From NCBI GenBank assembly GCA_964187785.1, contig OZ076409.1:85004001-85068000 (forward strand): 64,000 bases of DNA, in the 5' to 3' direction. Below are positions 62,355-64,000 of the stretch, piece after piece. Below the pieces are notes generated by a model, which was not told where the DNA came from, made no database searches, and worked only from the letters and a program-made list of their open reading frames with translations. The position numbers and the translations under genes are program-made. The DNA comes from Amphiscolops sp. MND2022 (lineage: Eukaryota). Within the stretch, counting starts at the first letter, position 1. Every line of letters begins with the position of its first letter.

Positions 62355-62790
62355 GGTGTCAGGACATTTCATCCTATGCACTTTCAATTGAAAGTGCATA
62401 GGATGAAATGTCCTGACACCGAAAATTTAGGTTAACCTATGCATTTTCAACCGTCCGCCATTTCGACCTAAATTGATTTTGGCTAATGGATTCTAATTAG
62501 TTACATAATTGTTTTGGTGGCTTTAACTTTCATACTTTTCTAAATTCAATGTGCTAATTTTTACGCCAGTTTTGATACGTTCTGGCTTCTTCATGAATAA
62601 TTATCATCTATTAAGGCTGTTTGATTCATTAGTAATTATTGCACTAAAATAATAACTCAACCGAATTAAGACTAAAAAGCTGAAATTAGTTTAGGTCGAA
62701 ATTGCGGGCGGTTGAAAATGCACTACCTTGAAATTGTAAGCGGTTGAAATTGCATAGTTGAAAGTGTATAGAACGAAATGCCATGTAACC
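62355..62790. mobile_element. Mutator-type MITE whose left end is duplicated as a perfect palindrome
   Basis: TIRs ggtgtcaggacatttcatcctat / atagaacgaaatgccatgtaacc; flanking aaattttc(g) on both sides. Confidence 0.8.
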
Positions 62791-63022
62791 AAATTTTCGA
62801 TTAAGCGTCTATTGTTAGCCAATTGAAGGCGGAAAATATCCCCGTGCCTAGTGAGCGTCTTGTGGAGTATTAGTGGGTTTAGTAGGTATCAAAATCATTT
62901 TTATACAAACGTCTCGTTTTGCAAAATGCGTGAAGCATTTAAAAGTTTCTGGGCTCTTGATCAAAGAAGCCAGAAAGTGTTTTCCCATTAACCCAACAAA
63001 TTATCCGACAATGGAATCTGAT

Positions 63023-63191
63023 CAGTGAACTTCGTCACACCAAAAAATTCTTCTTTGAACGTCTTTTTCAAAACAAATGCTTCAACTTCATCACAGTTAT
63101 GACTTTGATGAAGTTGAAACAAATTTTATAGAAAAAAAAGACATTAAAAGCTAAAAACTGAATAATTTTTTTGGTGTGACGAAGTTCACTG
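63023..63191. mobile_element. Small MITE with 25-bp perfect TIRs
   Basis: CAGTGAACTTCGTCACACCAAAAAA / TTTTTTGGTGTGACGAAGTTCACTG; superfamily unclear. Confidence 0.7.
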
Positions 63192-63282
63192 ATCACTTTG
63201 CTCATTTCATTATAATGAAATGAGCAAAGTAGTCAGTGAACTTCGTCAAATCAAAAAGGTTCTTCAGTCAAGGAAAAGCAAC

Positions 63283-63602
63283 CTGAGTAGCATTCCACAT
63301 AGAATGGGTATGGACAATTTGACAATGTTGATGATCATGCGGCCGTAGGGCACACTGATGTCGTTGACACTTTTGATGCCAGTGTCCCCTATGAAGTTGC
63401 TGTAGGTGAAGAGGTTGAGGGGCATCCAGCCCATACTCATCACAGTGCTCATAAAAGTGATCACGAATGACAGGGTGATCTCCCCGTGGATGATCATGGC
63501 CATCATGTTGCTGGGTCCGCCTCCGGGACAGCACCCTATCATGATCAGGTACAGACTGTCGGAGGGAGAGAGTGAGAATAACTTGGACAGACAGAATGCT
63601 AC
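63283..63602 (-). CDS. SLC10A: SLC10 bile acid:Na+ symporter family protein, exon with the SBF core; upstream exons lie beyond the window
   Basis: ttgttccag|GTA ... CTC AG|gttgct; IGCCPGGGPSNMMA..IHGEITLSFVITFMST..GWMPLNL...VPYGRM...IPILCGMLLR is the SLC10/SBF signature. Confidence 0.9.
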
Positions 63603-64000
63603 CTGGAACAAGACCATTTTTTTTCAAAACTAGCTATATGATTTTTCTGGCTGAAAAGGTCCAAAAATATGTGTTTTCTATCATTTGTTTTAATGAGCAC
63701 GCTGTAATAGGTGCACATTCTCCAAAGCGATTGCTCTCAAATGGGTATTAAGAGCCCTTCAAAGAACAACTATTTTTTGTTTCATTCGATGTGCTTGTTA
63801 TTTTCCGCCCCTATTCCATATGGGAAAGGAAAATATTTATTATTTTCCGCCCATATTTCATATGGGAAAGAAAAATATTTAAATCAAACGTTTTTTTTTA
63901 CAAAATTTGCCAAAACGAAATTTATATTCACCTTAAAGGGCGTTACTCATAGAATTCAACTCACGTAAATTTAGCTTCGTGCGATATGTATTTGTAGAGA

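Overview
Eukaryotic (animal) genomic DNA: AT-rich, spliceosomal GT-AG introns, and very dense in transposon debris. The species cannot be determined from the sequence alone. Host genes that can be supported are a two-exon PP6 regulatory subunit (SAPS/PPP6R; 15283-17028 + 18842-19807, +), an intronless Sin3 co-repressor (21472-26364, +), a divergent intronless actin (45068-46198, -), and the 3' part of an SLC10 (bile acid:Na+ symporter family) gene on the minus strand (exons 63283-63602, 59849-59978, 58809-59070, with an unresolved C-terminus). The remainder is mostly mobile DNA: degenerate non-LTR retrotransposons (a CRE/RLE-type element, two CR1/L2-group elements, an RTE-X-like element), LTR remnants, a Tc1/mariner relic, an internally deleted Mutator element, many MITEs with 9-bp (Mutator-type) or 8-bp (hAT-type) TSDs, a DINE-1/Helentron-like family carrying a tRNA-derived module, and a recent 1.35-kb tandem triplication. 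The most striking structure is at 10.0-13.4 kb: a nest about eight levels deep with readable TSDs. In it, several unrelated-looking MITEs each carry a ~170-190-bp hairpin-rich cassette bounded by short direct repeats, and four MITE insertions land in or at the edge of that same cassette. All coordinates, TSDs and family assignments were read by eye; no database searches were run.
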